DNA of 64,000 nucleotides, from the NCBI GenBank assembly GCA_964610875.1, contig CAZSWP010000003.1, positions 80,113 to 144,112 on the forward strand, read 5' to 3'. A model generated the notes under the pieces. It did not search any database. It was not told the origin of the DNA and worked only from the letters and a program-made list of their open reading frames with translations. Positions 61,325-64,000 of the stretch are shown here, in pieces (within the stretch, counting starts at the first letter, position 1; the number at the start of each line of letters is the position of its first letter). This stretch comes from an uncultured archaeon. Its GTDB lineage: Archaea > Asgardarchaeota > Thorarchaeia > Thorarchaeales > Thorarchaeaceae. Both the position numbers and the translations under genes were made by a program.

Positions 61325-62437
61325 TTGCATTGCAAAAAGGAGAAAGCACTAGTAGTATCTATTTTGATAATGCTAGTACAAATAACGAGTTCACTGTATC
61401 TAATGGGTTATTTTATGAACCCTGTCGTGATATGCATATCAGACGACAATCTGGCAAGAGATACAGCAAAATACCTTTCAAACTCACTTGATAACTGCCC
61501 AGTTATTGAAACAGATGATATACATGAGATAAATCGGATAACCACTCATGCATTTGATACTGTCTTCTATGTTGGACATGGAACTGAGAAAGGAATTGAA
61601 TCAAAAAGAAACACAATTGAGTGGGATGCGATTGGAAAGACTATAATCCAATCATTGAGCAATGAACACATGATTCTTGCCTGCAACTCCGAGAATCTGA
61701 ATGTTGAAAGCACCACAAAGACATGGATAACTTTTCCAGGGTTAGTTGATGCCAAAATTGCATCAGATATTACTTTGGCATTACACTTCATGAAGAAAGG
61801 TGATTCTGCTAGGTCGAACGCCTATGGACAACTGGCAACAATCGGATACCTCACAAAAGTGGTGCTTGGAGTTGAAAGACAAGCGTTTCTTGGAATTGTC
61901 TATGATGATGGCGGAGGTGGTACGGGGAGTGATTGGGATTTCTACTATCGGGGAGTCTACTTTGATTCATATGACGTAAATCCAAGCAATGAGGTATATT
62001 ACGATCATCCATCATACCAAACATATTATCGACTACTTGGTGTTGGAGTACCTGATTCATTTACCGTTGGAGATGGATATGATTTGAAGGTCAATCATAT
62101 AGATCGAAATTCAATTATCTTATGGAAGATGGGTGGATTATTAGGCATTGCTGAGTTACTTGTTGCTTTGGGTATTGCAGCTGCTGCTAGTGTATGGGGG
62201 ATCGAAGCTTCACCAATCATTCTAGCATTTGCTGCAATATTGGGTATTTTTGGTTTCACTGTTGCTTACATAGTAGAATCTCTGATTGAAGATGAGATGG
62301 GTGGCGGATGGGTGTTCTACAAGGATATTGATCCCGGTAATGGATTTGTCTGCAAGCTAGGTATGGGTTGGTGGTTTATCGTGTCTGAACTTGGAGGCAT
62401 CATACCCTTCCCCTGTGACGGACATTATGTAAGGTGA
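61325..62437 (+). CDS. Exported protein with caspase/CHAT-like N-terminal domain and hydrophobic C-terminal domain
   Basis: Signal/TM segment; YVGHG and ILACNS His/Cys dyad pattern; DDGGGGTGS linker; long Gly/Ala-rich hydrophobic hairpin. Confidence 0.65.
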   Translation: MHCKKEKALVVSILIMLVQITSSLYLMGYFMNPVVICISDDNLARDTAKYLSNSLDNCPVIETDDIHEINRITTHAFDTVFYVGHGTEKGIESKRNTIEWDAIGKTIIQSLSNEHMILACNSENLNVESTTKTWITFPGLVDAKIASDITLALHFMKKGDSARSNAYGQLATIGYLTKVVLGVERQAFLGIVYDDGGGGTGSDWDFYYRGVYFDSYDVNPSNEVYYDHPSYQTYYRLLGVGVPDSFTVGDGYDLKVNHIDRNSIILWKMGGLLGIAELLVALGIAAAASVWGIEASPIILAFAAILGIFGFTVAYIVESLIEDEMGGGWVFYKDIDPGNGFVCKLGMGWWFIVSELGGIIPFPCDGHYVR

Positions 62438-62446
62438 TATCAAACC

Positions 62447-63040
62447 ATGATTGAAGAACCAACAAAGGAAAGAATCGCAAAGCTTGATATCTGGCTATCG
62501 TTGAACTGGATTCCATTGATAGCAGCATGCTTCATTCTCTTCATGTTGGTTCCATATTTTATTTCGCCTTATGTCTTGATAATTGACAATCCAATGGATA
62601 TCGCACTCATTCAATACATTGGTGAAACGATGGTTAAGCCTCTTCTGTATGCAGGATTTTCTATTGGTAGCCTTCTTGGATTAGTTCCAATTAGATTTTA
62701 TCAGAAAGTTTTTACAGATATTAGAAATGAAGGGCGTTACAAGGTTTTCAAAGTAAGACAAGGGGTAGCTATTATTGCACCATTTTTTGGTATACTTCCT
62801 CATTTTCTCTATGGCATAATGACATTCCTTCCAACTGGTATCGCATCATGGGAGTGGGGTACGATTGTATATCTCTTCGTTACTTTGCCAGCAATTGGTT
62901 TCATGCTTTTCACTTCTCTTGGGTGGATTATTCTAAGATGGAAAGCAGAACACGTTATGAATAACAAGATACATTTCACTCGGATAATTGGCAATGAAAA
63001 AGCCTATTTGCTGACAAGTGAGCCTATCAAGAGGTTTTAG
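62447..63040 (+). CDS. 4-TM membrane protein (candidate immunity partner)
   Basis: Four hydrophobic segments; starts 9 bp after the preceding gene. Confidence 0.7.
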   Translation: MIEEPTKERIAKLDIWLSLNWIPLIAACFILFMLVPYFISPYVLIIDNPMDIALIQYIGETMVKPLLYAGFSIGSLLGLVPIRFYQKVFTDIRNEGRYKVFKVRQGVAIIAPFFGILPHFLYGIMTFLPTGIASWEWGTIVYLFVTLPAIGFMLFTSLGWIILRWKAEHVMNNKIHFTRIIGNEKAYLLTSEPIKRF

Positions 63041-63148
63041 TTCTCTTTCAAATCCGGCCGCTCCGACCATCTTCTTTTCCTCTTATTACCTTCACCACAG
63101 GAGTCCTTCTCAATAAGTAAGACAGTATCCATTTGGAAACCCAAGTTT

Positions 63149-63778
63149 ATGAGAGAAATATTAGGTAGAATGGAAAAAGAGTTAGATCAAGAGGACTGTC
63201 AGAAAATACTCACTGAAGTTGCACATGGGCTTCCAGCGGACTACTGGAAAGCAGAACGAGAACGCTTTGAAGAAGCAGATGATATTGATGATTATATCGC
63301 CAAAAAGCGTGCACGTTCAATTGGAGAATTGGAAAAATACAACAAGAGTGGTGAGTCGTTCTTTGGACAGGAAATCACTGACGAAGTCTTAGCCTATGTA
63401 AAGAGCCGTTCTGACATGCTCTCTGGAGAGAGAAGAGGAAACAAAATCTATCACACAAAGATTCCCTATGACACCAAAAACTTTCTAGCAGCAACTGATG
63501 AGAAGATGAAACGATACTATGCGTGCCATTGTGCATGGGCAAGAGAAGCAATACGCAGCGGCGAAGAGGGCATATCAGCTGATTTCTGCTATTGTAGTGG
63601 TGGTTTTACTAAGAGGCCTTGGGAACAGGCTTTTGGTCAGTATTTGGATGTAGAGATGGTCAAGTCTGTGCTAAAAGGTGACAATGAGTGTTCCTTTGTA
63701 ATTCCAATTCCAGATGAGTTCTTGAAGGGTTTCGTACAGCTCCCAGAATTCCAGACAGACCTAGACATCAGTGTATAG
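63149..63778 (+). CDS. Cys-containing V4R-like / DUF6144-like protein
   Basis: YACHCAW, FCYCSGGF, VEMVKSVLKGDNECSFVI. Confidence 0.75.
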   Translation: MREILGRMEKELDQEDCQKILTEVAHGLPADYWKAERERFEEADDIDDYIAKKRARSIGELEKYNKSGESFFGQEITDEVLAYVKSRSDMLSGERRGNKIYHTKIPYDTKNFLAATDEKMKRYYACHCAWAREAIRSGEEGISADFCYCSGGFTKRPWEQAFGQYLDVEMVKSVLKGDNECSFVIPIPDEFLKGFVQLPEFQTDLDISV

Positions 63779-63782
63779 GCAC

Positions 63783-63917
63783 TTATATACTCCTGACAAG
63801 AACAACTTGGTGAGGGTGTATTGACACACGAACGTGCTCTCACAAAGCCATTCCCAGTACCGCTCCTGGGAGGACAATGCTCTGGTGTCCAGAATTGTCC
63901 AGCTTACAATGAACGGT
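63783..63917 (+). ncRNA. 135-bp TATA + structured RNA unit, copy 3
   Basis: TTATATA at 63783, three hairpins, 3' ACAATGAACGGT ending at 63917. Confidence 0.6.
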
Positions 63918-64000
63918 TGGCATCCTTAGCCCTTTGAAAATTTCATCACGCTTAGTTTCACCAATCTCGTTTCCCATTTCCCTGTGTAAAGTATCCATAA

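Larger units (their letters stand above)
59003..63142 (+). mobile_element. Integrase-less island at tRNA-Tyr bounded by 96-bp direct repeats (59003-59098 and 63047-63142)
   Basis: The repeat starts in the T loop (TTCAAATCCGGCCGCTCCGACCA) and continues 73 bp past CCA, with 3 mismatches. Confidence 0.75.

Overview
Archaeal chromosomal window (TFE, PAN, aMBF1, NAC, GatDE, uS10, intron-containing tRNAs). Gene content and protein style fit an Asgard archaeon, probably Thorarchaeia; that assignment is from recall, not a search. Most of it is housekeeping and metabolism: glmS, LKR+SDH, iorAB, hypF, acdA, atpD, purH, pgk, rpiA, mtnA, an ECF transporter, fprA, and 7 tRNAs, six with introns and three with non-canonical ones. 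Three unannotated structures stand out. (1) A probable replication origin at about 14.1-14.3 kb: two inverted ORB boxes around an AT-rich spacer, a third ORB at 10.05 kb, and no orc1/cdc6 in the window. (2) About 18 sites of a palindromic heptad GTAWTAC, nearly all pairs or triples at a 9-bp period. Sixteen lie between 15.4 and 31.7 kb, several inside coding sequences, centred on a coupled operon encoding an ExeA-like AAA+ ATPase and a ParG/omega-like ribbon-helix-helix protein. This is a candidate origin-proximal, non-ParA chromosome partition or organisation system. (3) A tRNA-Tyr integration hotspot (58-64 kb) with a 96-bp att-like repeat, a tnpB-like remnant, toxin-like cargo and three diverged copies of a 135-bp TATA-plus-structured-RNA unit with a predicted 3' pseudoknot. 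All motif counts and family calls were made by eye and need computational confirmation.
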